NCBI GenBank assembly: GCA_039589315.1 | Contig: JBDHHQ010000015.1 | Coordinates: forward strand, 32,001 to 96,000 | Direction: 5' to 3' | From: Gemmatimonadota bacterium | Lineage (GTDB): Bacteria > Gemmatimonadota > Gemmatimonadetes > Longimicrobiales > Gaopeijiaceae | DNA length: 64,000 bases | Shown here: positions 1-9,376 of the stretch, piece after piece | How the letters are laid out: every line of letters starts with the position of its first letter | Numbering within the stretch: the stretch's first letter is position 1 | The notes under the pieces: generated by a model | The model's database searches: none | What the model saw: only the letters and a program-made list of their open reading frames with translations | What the model was told of the DNA's origin: nothing | Program-made: the position numbers and the translations under genes

Positions 1-495
1 GGTCTCGCCGGCCCCGAGGTCCGCGCCCTTGATGGTGTCGTACAGGTATCGGCCTCCCCCGTACGAGCTCCTCCCGTTCGTAGCGTCGCCGAAGGGTAGG
101 AAGAGGCCTCCGCCGTACCCCGACACCCAGAACAGATCCAACGCGCCGTCGCCCTCGGGGCAGAGGAATGCGACCCGGCCGACCCGGACGAGCGTGAGGG
201 TACCGTCGCCGCCCGAGTCCAGGGCCAGCGTGTCACGAGCGACGTGATGCTCGACCCGGCCGACCACACGCCACCCCGGACGGTAGGGTGCGTAGGAGAG
301 GCCGGCGAAGACGCGGCGGGCCGATTCGCCGAGGGGCGTGCTGGGGTGAGTGCGAAAGAGCCGGTCCCGCGTCTCGATGAAGTCCCGGTGGGCTCCGGGA
401 GGGTCGCCAGCGGCCCGGTCGCGGATCCGGCCGTAGAGCTCGGACACGCGACGGCGCCAGTCGGCCAGGGGCAGGGGGTCTCGTGGCGAATCCAC
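1..495 (-). CDS. DUF1684 family protein (3' end runs off the window)
   Basis: Not in the ORF track. Manual minus-strand translation from GTG at 495 (GGAG upstream): MDSPRDPLPLADWRRRVSELYGRIR...FIETRDRLFRTHPSTPL...LFLPFGDATNGRSSYGGGRYLYDTIKGADLG; F-x-D-x-T-N...Y-G-G-G-R-Y is typical of DUF1684. Confidence 0.8.
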   Translation of the reverse strand, partial: MDSPRDPLPLADWRRRVSELYGRIRDRAAGDPPGAHRDFIETRDRLFRTHPSTPLGESARRVFAGLSYAPYRPGWRVVGRVEHHVARDTLALDSGGDGTLTLVRVGRVAFLCPEGDGALDLFWVSGYGGGLFLPFGDATNGRSSYGGGRYLYDTIKGADLGAGET

Positions 496-546
496 CGCTC
501 CGCTCCGCCGTGCCGTGGGTCAGTCCTGAGTGGCTGGGCGTCGGCG

Positions 547-2244
547 CTACGCGCTCGCCCCTGTGGCCGCCCTACCACCCGTCATCCCGCTCACCGCGAT
601 CCCCACCACGATCGTGGCGAAGGTCCCCACGACGTTGTAGTAGAGCCACGCCAGATCGGTGGTGACGGACACGACCGCCACCGAGAGCATCCCCGCCACC
701 AGCCCCCAGAAGGCGCCGTGGCCGTTGGCGCCCTTGACCATGAACGCCAGCAGGAAGACCCCCAGCAGGGAGCCATAGAAGAACGACCCCACCTGATTCA
801 CCGCCTCCAGGAGGGATCCCAGCTGCCCCGCGTAGAGCGCGAAGAGGCAAGCCACCCCTCCCCACAGCAGCGTCGTGACCTTCGAGACCAAGAGGTAGTG
901 GGCGTCCGTGTCGCCCTTCCTGAAGTAGCGCCGGTAGAAGTCGATGACCGTGGCCGAGGAGAGCGCTGTGAGCTCGGAGTCCAGGGAGGACATGGCGGCT
1001 GCGAAGATCACGGCGATCATCAACCCGAGCACCCCCGCGGGAACGTACTGGATGAGGTAGGACGGGAAGACGTAGTTCACGTCGTTGGAGGACGCCCCCC
1101 GCACCACCTCCACGAGCGCCTTGGATTCGTCGCGGAGCGCTTCCAGGCGATCGTCGTAGTCCGCGATCTGCTGCCTGAGGCCAGAGACGTCCCCGTCCCC
1201 GTGGCGCGCGTCAAGGAGGGAAAGCGTGGCATCCCGCCGCCCTGCGTGCAAGGTCGCGTGTTCGGCCTCGAGCGCCTCGAAGGCCTCTGCCTGATCGCTC
1301 GCCTGGACGACCGCCACCTCGGCCGTGTTGAACACCAGGGGCGGCTGCTCGAAGTGGTAGAAGACGAACAGGAAGACGCCGATGGCCAGGATGAAGAACT
1401 GCATCGGGACCTTCACGAACGCGTTGAAGATCAGCGAGAGTCGGCTCTGCTTGAGGGAGCTGGCCGTCAGGTACCGCTGCACCTGGCTCTGATCCGTCCC
1501 GAAGTACGCCAGCGCCAGGAAGAAGCCGCCGATCATGCCCGACCAGAGCGTGTACTGGTTCGTGGGATCCCACGACAGGTCGATGGACTCCCACATCTGG
1601 TGGATCCCGCCGATGTACGCGACGTCGGCCACGCTCACGCCGTCGGGTAGCGCAGCGAACAGGATGAACAGGGCGACGCCGATCCCCACGAACATCATCA
1701 GCATCTGTATCACGTCGGTCCAGATGACCGCGGTGATGCCTCCCATGTAGGTGTAGGCGATGGTCACGACGCCCATGACCAGGATCGTGACCTTCTCGTC
1801 CCAGCCCATGAGCACGGAGAGCACGATCGCCGGCGCGTACAGCACGATGCCGGCTGCCAGACCCCGTTGAACCAGGAAGATGAAGCTGGCCATGGAGCGG
1901 GTCTTCGGGTCGAAACGCTTCTCCAGGTACTCGTACGCGGTGAAGACCTTCGACCGGTAGAAGAGCGGCACGAACACCACGCACAGCACCACCATGACCA
2001 GGGGCTGGGGCAGGTACACCTGGATGAAGCCCATCCCGTCGTCGAAGGCCTGTCCGGTGGTGCCGATGAAGGTGATGGCGCTGGCCTGCGTCGCCATGAC
2101 GGACAGGCCGATGGCGCCCCAGGGGAGCCGCCGGTTGGCCAGGAAGAAGCCCTCGACGCCGACGTTCTTCCGACTCTGGTAGTAGGCGAACGCGAGCACG
2201 CCTCCGAAGTACAGGAGGAAGACGGTCCAGTCGGGTGCGGTCAT
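547..2244 (-). CDS. Sodium:solute symporter (SSS family)
   Basis: 565 aa, multiple TM helices; motifs GLSVMATQASAITFIG, GGITAVIWTDVIQ, GTDQSQVQRYL, AAAMSSLDS. Confidence 0.92.
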   Translation of the reverse strand: MTAPDWTVFLLYFGGVLAFAYYQSRKNVGVEGFFLANRRLPWGAIGLSVMATQASAITFIGTTGQAFDDGMGFIQVYLPQPLVMVVLCVVFVPLFYRSKVFTAYEYLEKRFDPKTRSMASFIFLVQRGLAAGIVLYAPAIVLSVLMGWDEKVTILVMGVVTIAYTYMGGITAVIWTDVIQMLMMFVGIGVALFILFAALPDGVSVADVAYIGGIHQMWESIDLSWDPTNQYTLWSGMIGGFFLALAYFGTDQSQVQRYLTASSLKQSRLSLIFNAFVKVPMQFFILAIGVFLFVFYHFEQPPLVFNTAEVAVVQASDQAEAFEALEAEHATLHAGRRDATLSLLDARHGDGDVSGLRQQIADYDDRLEALRDESKALVEVVRGASSNDVNYVFPSYLIQYVPAGVLGLMIAVIFAAAMSSLDSELTALSSATVIDFYRRYFRKGDTDAHYLLVSKVTTLLWGGVACLFALYAGQLGSLLEAVNQVGSFFYGSLLGVFLLAFMVKGANGHGAFWGLVAGMLSVAVVSVTTDLAWLYYNVVGTFATIVVGIAVSGMTGGRAATGASA

Positions 2245-2390
2245 GAGGCGCTGAAGTCCAGCGCTACGGTGAACCAGTAGAGGAGCAGGATCATGACCAG
2301 CGTCACTACGATCACCGAAGCGTAGAGGGCCGTCCAGCTCGGGAAGATGCCGATGCGGCCGTCGTCACCGTCTTCGGGCGCTTCGATCAT
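2241..2390 (-). CDS. Small single-TM membrane protein upstream of the SSS gene
   Basis: Manual translation MIEAPEDGDDGRIGIFPSWTALYASVIVVTLVMILLLYWFTVALDFSAS (49 aa); its TGA overlaps the SSS ATG (ATGA at 2244-2241). Confidence 0.75.
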   Translation of the reverse strand: MIEAPEDGDDGRIGIFPSWTALYASVIVVTLVMILLLYWFTVALDFSAS

Positions 2391-2449
2391 CGAGGTGCTC
2401 CCGGCGCTCGGGCGCCGTCATTGGTGAATCGGGGTGCCGACCCTGCCGA

Positions 2450-5197
2450 TCACGTCTCGGGCGACTCGGAGGTCACATACGCGTTCCACTCACTGGCCTG
2501 CAGCGACACCAGGTTGGCGAAGAGCCGGTAGGCGCCTGGAACGCCTGCGGGGAATTGGCGGAAGAACGACAACGACGTGTACACGTAGACGCCCTCCCCC
2601 ACCGGAGCGACCAGGAGCGGGCCCGTCTTGGCCTCCTCGCCGGTGTCGGCCATGGACAGCAGCGGCCGGTAGCGCGTGTCCCACTCGTCCGGAAAGTAGA
2701 GGCCCCGCTCCTGGACCCAACCCTCGAAGTCCTCGGTGGTAATGCGATTCGGAGCGGCCAGGACCGGGGCCCCCGGCTCCAGCACGGTGACCGGTGCGTT
2801 CTCCTCGGAGACCCGGTCGCGGCTGATCTGGATGGGGAAGGGGCCGTAGCCGCCCTGGGTGAACTCACGCTGGTTGTACTGCACCACCACGGTGCCGCCC
2901 CGGCGGACGAAGTCCAGGAGCTGGTCGTTGGCCGCCGCCAGATCCGGGCGTGTCTCGTATGCCCGTACGCCCAGGACCACCACGTCGTAATCGGCGAAGA
3001 GACCCGCCCGTACCGCATCAGGGCCAAGCTCCTCTACCGTCACGCCCAACTGCCTGAGCGCCGCGGGCCCCACGTCTCCCGACCCCATCACGTAGGCGAC
3101 CCGGAGGCCCGGTGTGACCTGCGCCGAGAACGCAGAGACCCTGGCTTCGGCCGGCCGGAACAGCGCGACCCGGTCGATGTGGGGGTAGTCCACCAGGGCC
3201 ACGCCCTCTTGATACTGACGGCCGTCCGCCGTCCTCGCGACTGCCCGGAACACGTGCTCTCCGGGTGCCACCGGGCCGGCGGGCGACACACTGAACGTGA
3301 ACGACCGACTGGCTCCGGGGGCCTCCAGGGTGAACCGCAGACTCGTCGGCTCGGCAGTCCACCCGTCCGGAAGCTCCAGGGCGACGGTGCCTCGGCTGCC
3401 CGCGGCCGCCTCACTGGAGACGACCACGGTCACGTCTCTCGAGCCGGCTACCTCCACCGGCCACACCATCCCGGGAGGGGTGACCGCGACGGAAACGGCG
3501 GGCACCACCAGCACGGGCTTCCTGTACTCGCCGGTGGCCTTGTCCACGCCCAGGTAGCGAGCCACCGTCGTGGGAGCCACGTCGATGGGCGCCATGGTCG
3601 GGCTGTGGGAGACCCGCGCCCGGATGGCGGCCGTCAGAAGCGGGGGATTCCCCGGCAGACCCCAGAGGGAGCGATCGCCGGGCCAGCGGTACATGGCACC
3701 GTCCCGGGGCTCGGCCAGGTAGTACTGCCGGGAGAGGTCCGCATCGGGTGGGATGGACAGCCGGTAGCTCCACCGAGCCAGCTCTCCCGGCTCCACGTCG
3801 GCCGGCCCTTCGTGCTGGGCGCCCGAGGGTCCCCCGAAGAACCCCGATCGACCGAGCACGATCTCGTCGGCTTCGGCCCATCTGGCCGTCCAGTCTCGTG
3901 GAAGAAAGACCCGGGGTGTGGCTCCGGTCACCATGAGCCCGCCGCCATTCCACAGCTCGGCGTGTACCGTGACCTCCTCGCCCGGCACGAGCAAGTCGTC
4001 GTCGACGCGGAGCTCGAGGGTGACGCCCGCAGCGGCTAGCATCGTCCGCTCCACCAGCGCTTGGCGGCGCTCCAGCACGGTGGTCAGCTCCAAGGGTGCC
4101 CCTGGCAGCGCGGCGGCCCGCTCGGTTGCCGCCCGCAGGTGGCGCAACGCCTCCGCCAGGATGGGTGCCGACCGCCACGGCTCTGAGACGTCCATGCTGG
4201 ACCTGGCCTCCACGATGGCGTCCCTGTAGCCGCGGAGCTCTCGCTGCAGCGCCTGCCGGTCGGTGCCTTCCACACCGGCGAGGATCGATAGGAACGTGGT
4301 GTCGACACCCGCGAAGGGAGAATCGTCCTCCCGGAGACCCTCGGGACCGGCCACCAGCTCGATGCGGGAGACCCGGGGGCCCGGAAACTGGCGCACGCCC
4401 ATGTCCTGGGACCGGTGCATGCTCCGGCTCGCCATCCCCAGCTGGAAGTGGGAGCGGCCCAGCAGTGGATCGAACGTGCCAGTGTGGACCTCCAGAACGG
4501 CGTCCCCACGGGTACGCCAGGCGCCCCGGTACAACTTGGTCGTCCGCCAGGGCTCGATCCCGTCGGTGAGCTGCTCCGGGAAGCGCTGCGGGTCGGCCGC
4601 CGCCCGAATAACCTCGTGTGCCACGATGCCCGCCGCCTGGTGTTGCCCGTGGCCATCGCTCGGCGTGCCGCTCCACTGGGACACGATCACGTGGGGCCGG
4701 AAGGTCCGGACGATCCACACCGCGTCCGCCAGGACCTGGTCCTGCTCCCAGAACCGCAACGTCTCCTCGGCGCTCTTCGTGTAGCCGAAGTCGTAGGCGC
4801 GCGTGAAGAACTGACTGCCGCCGTCCAGCGCGCGCGCCGCGATCAGCTCCCCAGTGCGGACCACCCCCAGGCCTTCTCCCAGCTCCGGGCCGATGAGGTT
4901 CTGACCGCCGTCGCCCCGGGTCAGGGAGAGATACGCGGTCTCGGCGCCCCACCAACGGGACAGGGCTCCCAAGAGGCTCGAGTCCTCGTCGTCGGGGTGC
5001 GCGGCAATCATCAGCACCCGCTTCACGCCGTCGAGCTCCCGCATTTGGAGCGCAACGTCCGCGGCTGTCGCCCCAACGACCGGTCCCTGAGCCGCCGCGG
5101 CATCCGGCAGCAGCCCGTGTCCGAGTGCGAGGGTCAGAACCGCGTGCGGCAAGAACGGGAGAAAGCGCCGTCGGTGGGCGCGTCGCTGTCGTGTCAT
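2450..5197 (-). CDS. Exported PIG-L/LmbE-family deacetylase with Ig-like (NEW3-like) and C-terminal GATase/ThuA-like domains
   Basis: AHPDDE and HGQH Zn motifs, TRGDGGQN; signal peptide RRRFL...AAAA-Q; start reassigned to ATG 5197. Confidence 0.85.
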   Translation of the reverse strand: MTRQRRAHRRRFLPFLPHAVLTLALGHGLLPDAAAAQGPVVGATAADVALQMRELDGVKRVLMIAAHPDDEDSSLLGALSRWWGAETAYLSLTRGDGGQNLIGPELGEGLGVVRTGELIAARALDGGSQFFTRAYDFGYTKSAEETLRFWEQDQVLADAVWIVRTFRPHVIVSQWSGTPSDGHGQHQAAGIVAHEVIRAAADPQRFPEQLTDGIEPWRTTKLYRGAWRTRGDAVLEVHTGTFDPLLGRSHFQLGMASRSMHRSQDMGVRQFPGPRVSRIELVAGPEGLREDDSPFAGVDTTFLSILAGVEGTDRQALQRELRGYRDAIVEARSSMDVSEPWRSAPILAEALRHLRAATERAAALPGAPLELTTVLERRQALVERTMLAAAGVTLELRVDDDLLVPGEEVTVHAELWNGGGLMVTGATPRVFLPRDWTARWAEADEIVLGRSGFFGGPSGAQHEGPADVEPGELARWSYRLSIPPDADLSRQYYLAEPRDGAMYRWPGDRSLWGLPGNPPLLTAAIRARVSHSPTMAPIDVAPTTVARYLGVDKATGEYRKPVLVVPAVSVAVTPPGMVWPVEVAGSRDVTVVVSSEAAAGSRGTVALELPDGWTAEPTSLRFTLEAPGASRSFTFSVSPAGPVAPGEHVFRAVARTADGRQYQEGVALVDYPHIDRVALFRPAEARVSAFSAQVTPGLRVAYVMGSGDVGPAALRQLGVTVEELGPDAVRAGLFADYDVVVLGVRAYETRPDLAAANDQLLDFVRRGGTVVVQYNQREFTQGGYGPFPIQISRDRVSEENAPVTVLEPGAPVLAAPNRITTEDFEGWVQERGLYFPDEWDTRYRPLLSMADTGEEAKTGPLLVAPVGEGVYVYTSLSFFRQFPAGVPGAYRLFANLVSLQASEWNAYVTSESPET

Positions 5198-5449
5198 GGC
5201 GTGCAACCTAATCCCGGCACTTCCGCTCGCAAAACCAGGAGGGATCCGTTGGCGGGGTCGAGCCAAGGGGACGGCCGGCCCGATGCCCCATCCCGAACCG
5301 AGACACGGTGTTCTTGATTTTTTCTGCAGGAGCCGGGTCTATTGTCAGGTTTCCCGATCATCCGGGCTCGGCACCGGCAACGGTGCCTTCCGGCCCTGCA
5401 GCGCCGCCCGTGAGGGGCGGCCGGTCGTCACCCGAGACAGGATCCCCAC

Positions 5450-6826
5450 GTGGCTACGACGCCCTCATCGACCGACCGCGGACAGTGGAGTGGGAAGCTC
5501 GGCTTCGTCCTCGCAGCCGCAGGATCCGCCATTGGGCTCGGTAACGTCTGGCGCTTCCCCACGTCCACCGCGCAGAGCGGTGGCGGGCTTTTCGTCTTCA
5601 TCTACCTCTTCTTCGTCTTCGCCATCGGGGTCCCAGTGATCCTCGCGGAGCTGTCCCTGGGGCGGGCCTCGAAGAAGAACCCGGTCGGGGCGTTCGCCAA
5701 GCTGGCGCCGTCGTCGTGGTGGCCGGCCGTCGGCGGGCTGGGCGTTCTGACTGGCTTCGGCATCCTGGCCTTCTACGCCGTCATCGCTGGCTGGACGCTG
5801 GGCTACCTGTTCCAGGCGTTGACCGGCGCCTACGGCGCCCCGCTGTCCGCCGAGGAGAGCGGCCAGATCTTCACGGACCTGATCAGCAGCCCGGGGCGCG
5901 CCGTGTTTCTGACAGGCGTGTTCATGTTTCTGACCATCTGGGTCGTGAGAGGAGGGATCTCCAAGGGGATCGAGCGCACGACGAAGATCCTCATGCCCGT
6001 GCTGTTCGCGCTGCTCATCCTCCTGGCCCTTCGTGCCATGACCCTGCCAGGGGGGATGGAGGGCGTCGCGTTCATGTTCCAACCCGACTTCAGCGAGCTG
6101 AGCGCGGGGGTCGTCCTTGGAGCGCTGGGTCAGGCCTTCTTCAGCCTGAGTCTCGGGATGGGCGCCATGATCACGTACGGCTCCTACTTTCCCGACGGCG
6201 AGAACCTGCCGATCTCGGGCGTGTCCGTCGCGATCTTCGACACGCTCATCGCCATTCTGGCCGGGCTGATCATCTTCCCGGCCCTGTTCGCGGCGGGCGG
6301 CGACATCGAGTCCAGCGGGCCGGGCCTCGTATTCGTGGTGCTGCCCACCGTGTTCGGAACGTTGCCCGCGGGTGGGCTGCTGGCCATCGCTTTCTACGCG
6401 CTGCTGGCCATCGCCGCGCTGACGTCGACGATCAGCCTGCTGGAGGTCGTGGTCTCTTACTTCATCGATGAGAAGGCGTGGTCTCGGAGCAAGGCGGCAT
6501 GGACCATCGGCGTGGCATGCTTCGCCCTCGCGATCCCGTCGGCCCTTTCGAACGGCGCCGTGCCGGCTCTGGCCAATATCTTCGGAACCGACTGGCTGAC
6601 CCTGAACAGCATAGTGTGGGGCAACTACTCCCTGAGCATCGGGGCGTTTCTGACCTGCATCTTCGTCGGGTGGAAGTGGGGCATGCCCAAGGCCGTCGAG
6701 GTCCTGGAACAGGGGGGACACGCGCTGCCGGGCAAGGGCGCCCTGGGCCTGCTGATCATGGTCATCTGCCCGCTGGCCATCACGGTCACGTTGGCGTTCA
6801 TCGTGATCACGGGGAACTACCTGTAG
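5450..6826 (+). CDS. Sodium-dependent transporter, NSS/SNF family
   Basis: RGQWSGKLGFVLAAAGSAIGLGNVWRFP, QAFFSLSLGMG, GPGLVFV. Confidence 0.93.
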   Translation: MATTPSSTDRGQWSGKLGFVLAAAGSAIGLGNVWRFPTSTAQSGGGLFVFIYLFFVFAIGVPVILAELSLGRASKKNPVGAFAKLAPSSWWPAVGGLGVLTGFGILAFYAVIAGWTLGYLFQALTGAYGAPLSAEESGQIFTDLISSPGRAVFLTGVFMFLTIWVVRGGISKGIERTTKILMPVLFALLILLALRAMTLPGGMEGVAFMFQPDFSELSAGVVLGALGQAFFSLSLGMGAMITYGSYFPDGENLPISGVSVAIFDTLIAILAGLIIFPALFAAGGDIESSGPGLVFVVLPTVFGTLPAGGLLAIAFYALLAIAALTSTISLLEVVVSYFIDEKAWSRSKAAWTIGVACFALAIPSALSNGAVPALANIFGTDWLTLNSIVWGNYSLSIGAFLTCIFVGWKWGMPKAVEVLEQGGHALPGKGALGLLIMVICPLAITVTLAFIVITGNYL

Positions 6827-7086
6827 GGCCGTAACGGGCGACCCACCGGGGCCGAGGTTGGCCCTTCCGGACACGAGATCCGCCGCTGCGAGGTACCAGC
6901 GCTGGTGCCGTACCGGCGAGACGCGGCGGCCGCCGGCGAGAGGCGTTGGCACCCGACGGGACGGAGCTGTGCGGCCGGTCCCGTCCTGAACGGATGGGGG
7001 GCCCAGGTGTACGAGGACGCCCCGGTCCAGGAAATCGCGACCGATGGAGCGAGTCGCGAGTCAACCACGATCCCAGCAACCAGCCC

Positions 7087-9165
7087 ATGATCGAAGACCT
7101 GAAGAGCCGCGAGATCCAGAAACGCCCGGCTACGCTCCGGTTTCAGGGCCGGATCCTGTACCTGGTGGATGACGCCGGCCTCATGAGGGACCAGCTCTAC
7201 CACGGCCGGAATCTGGAGCTCACGGACGAGCTCCGTGGGAAGCTGCGGGACCAGATCAGCACCGACGAGATCACGCCGGCGTACATCTGCTACTTCTACG
7301 ACGAGACGTTGGGAGACTTCCCATACCTGGGCTTCATGGCCCGCAGCCAGGGCAACGACGAGTTCGAGTTCCCGGTCGAGCGGAATGCTGTGAAGAACGG
7401 TGGTTTCGTCTGCTCCGTGGCGGGCAAGCGCCGGGGCAAGGGGAGCAGCCGCGAAGCCAGTCCCTACGCGGAGATCAACGCCGGCATCCATGTCGTCGTG
7501 GGCGAGAGCATCGAGCGGATCTACAACGAGAACTGCCAGAACCTGGGCGTGCTGACGACCACCGACTTCGACGTCATCGAGAGGATCGAAGCCGGCGAGG
7601 AGATCCCCCTGAGCGTCTTCACGGACGGCAAGGACGAGATCACTCGTCAGATCATCGAGTATGGGGGACTCTTCGAGTTCAACGTGGCCCGACTTCAGGG
7701 CAAGGTCTCGCTGCCCGAGGCCAATCGCAGCACGCGCCCCATGACCCTCGCCGAGAAGATCTTCGCGGGGCACTGGGTGGTGGACGCGGCACGCGGAGAG
7801 ACCGGTGTTGACTGGGTGGCTCCGGGCGAGGCCGGTTTTTTTAGAACGGACATTCGCTTTTCTCACGAGTACGTGACGCCCATGTCCGCCATCTTCTTCG
7901 AGGAGAAGGTGGGTCGGGACGCGAAGGTCGTGGATCCCGATTCGATCCTGTTCTTCCGGGATCACCTGACCTTCCTGCACAGGGTCATGACCCAGGAGCG
8001 CATCGAGCAGGGGCTGTTGGACGTGGCCAACGAGCTGGAGGTCAAGCAGCGGGAGTTCAGCGAGAAGCAGGGCATCCGTCTCTATGGCGAGCAGAAGGGT
8101 AATGTGATGGGATCGGAGGCCATCTGCCACTCCAAGATCCTCGAGGAGTACGCCGAGCCGGGCATGCTCATCATCGGCTCCGACTCCCACACGCCTCATG
8201 CCGGAGCGATCGGGGCGGTTGCCTTCGGGGTCGGCACGACGGCGATCTTCAACTCGTGGATCACCAAGGACGTACGGGTCCGGGTGCCCCCGTCGTTCAA
8301 GGTCGTGATCAGCGGCACGCCGGCGGACAACGTCACGGCCAAGGACTACATGCTGGAGATTCTCCGGCACCCCTACATCCGAGACGGTCACGCCATCGGG
8401 CAGATCATCGAGTACGCCGGACCAGCGGTGGAGGCCCTGTCGGTGGACGAGCGGGCCACCATGACGAACATGGCCGCCGAGGTGGGCGCGTTCACGGGCA
8501 TCGTGGCTGCGGACAGCAAGTCCGTGGACTTCCTTGTGAGCGAGCGGGGCATGGACCGGGCGCGGGCCGAGGCGCTGGCGGAGGGGATGCAGTCGGACCC
8601 CGATGCGGAGTACGTCAAGGTCATCGAGATCGACGCCTCTCGGGTCCGACCCATGGTGGCGCTTCCCGGCGACCCCGGGAACGGCCGCTACCTCGACGAG
8701 CTCTCCGCCGAGCCCGTGCGCATCGACATCGCGTACGCGGGCTCCTGCACGGCCGGCAAGAAGGAAGACATGGACATGTACGCTCGGGTGTTCGGGGAGG
8801 GCTACGAGAATTGGGGCCTCACCGTGCACCCGGACGTGGAGTGCTTCGTCCAGTGCGGCTCCATCGAGGTCCGGGAGTACTGCAGGGAAAAGGGGTACCT
8901 GGACCTGTTCGAGAGGGTGGGCGCCACCTTCATCGAGCCGGGCTGCGGGGCGTGCATCGCCGCCGGGCCCGGGACGTCCCTGTCTCCCGACGATGTTTCG
9001 GTCTCGTCCCAGAACCGGAACTTCCCGGGCCGGTCCGGGCCGGGCCAGCTCTACCTGGTCTCGCCCTATTCGGTCGCTGCGAGCGCCCTGGCGGGCTGCG
9101 TAGTCGACTGGGTGCCGGGCCGGGAGATCGAGCCCGTCGCGCCCAGGGAGCCGGCGGCGGTCTGA
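7087..9165 (+). CDS. Aconitase-superfamily hydro-lyase; N-terminal swivel (LeuD-like) domain fused to a C-terminal [4Fe-4S] (LeuC-like) domain
   Basis: Swivel motifs ISTDEITP and GKGSSRE; large-subunit motifs MTLAEKI, GSDSHT, GSCT, PGCGAC, NRNFPGR. Confidence 0.85.
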   Translation: MIEDLKSREIQKRPATLRFQGRILYLVDDAGLMRDQLYHGRNLELTDELRGKLRDQISTDEITPAYICYFYDETLGDFPYLGFMARSQGNDEFEFPVERNAVKNGGFVCSVAGKRRGKGSSREASPYAEINAGIHVVVGESIERIYNENCQNLGVLTTTDFDVIERIEAGEEIPLSVFTDGKDEITRQIIEYGGLFEFNVARLQGKVSLPEANRSTRPMTLAEKIFAGHWVVDAARGETGVDWVAPGEAGFFRTDIRFSHEYVTPMSAIFFEEKVGRDAKVVDPDSILFFRDHLTFLHRVMTQERIEQGLLDVANELEVKQREFSEKQGIRLYGEQKGNVMGSEAICHSKILEEYAEPGMLIIGSDSHTPHAGAIGAVAFGVGTTAIFNSWITKDVRVRVPPSFKVVISGTPADNVTAKDYMLEILRHPYIRDGHAIGQIIEYAGPAVEALSVDERATMTNMAAEVGAFTGIVAADSKSVDFLVSERGMDRARAEALAEGMQSDPDAEYVKVIEIDASRVRPMVALPGDPGNGRYLDELSAEPVRIDIAYAGSCTAGKKEDMDMYARVFGEGYENWGLTVHPDVECFVQCGSIEVREYCREKGYLDLFERVGATFIEPGCGACIAAGPGTSLSPDDVSVSSQNRNFPGRSGPGQLYLVSPYSVAASALAGCVVDWVPGREIEPVAPREPAAV

Positions 9166-9376
9166 CGATCGCCATCCGCCTTCCCGAGCAGGACCCCCGC
9201 CGTCCGGTGACTTCCCTGACGAGAGTGCCCGTCGCCCGGTCGGCGAGGCGGCCCCTCCGCGGTTGCGCGCCTCCCCACAGGCTGCCCACGTTTCTCGCCG
9301 GTCTCTCCGGCCGGTGCGGGTGCCTCGCTCGCTTCGCACCGAACGATCCACCGAACTCCCTCGACGGACAGGTGCG

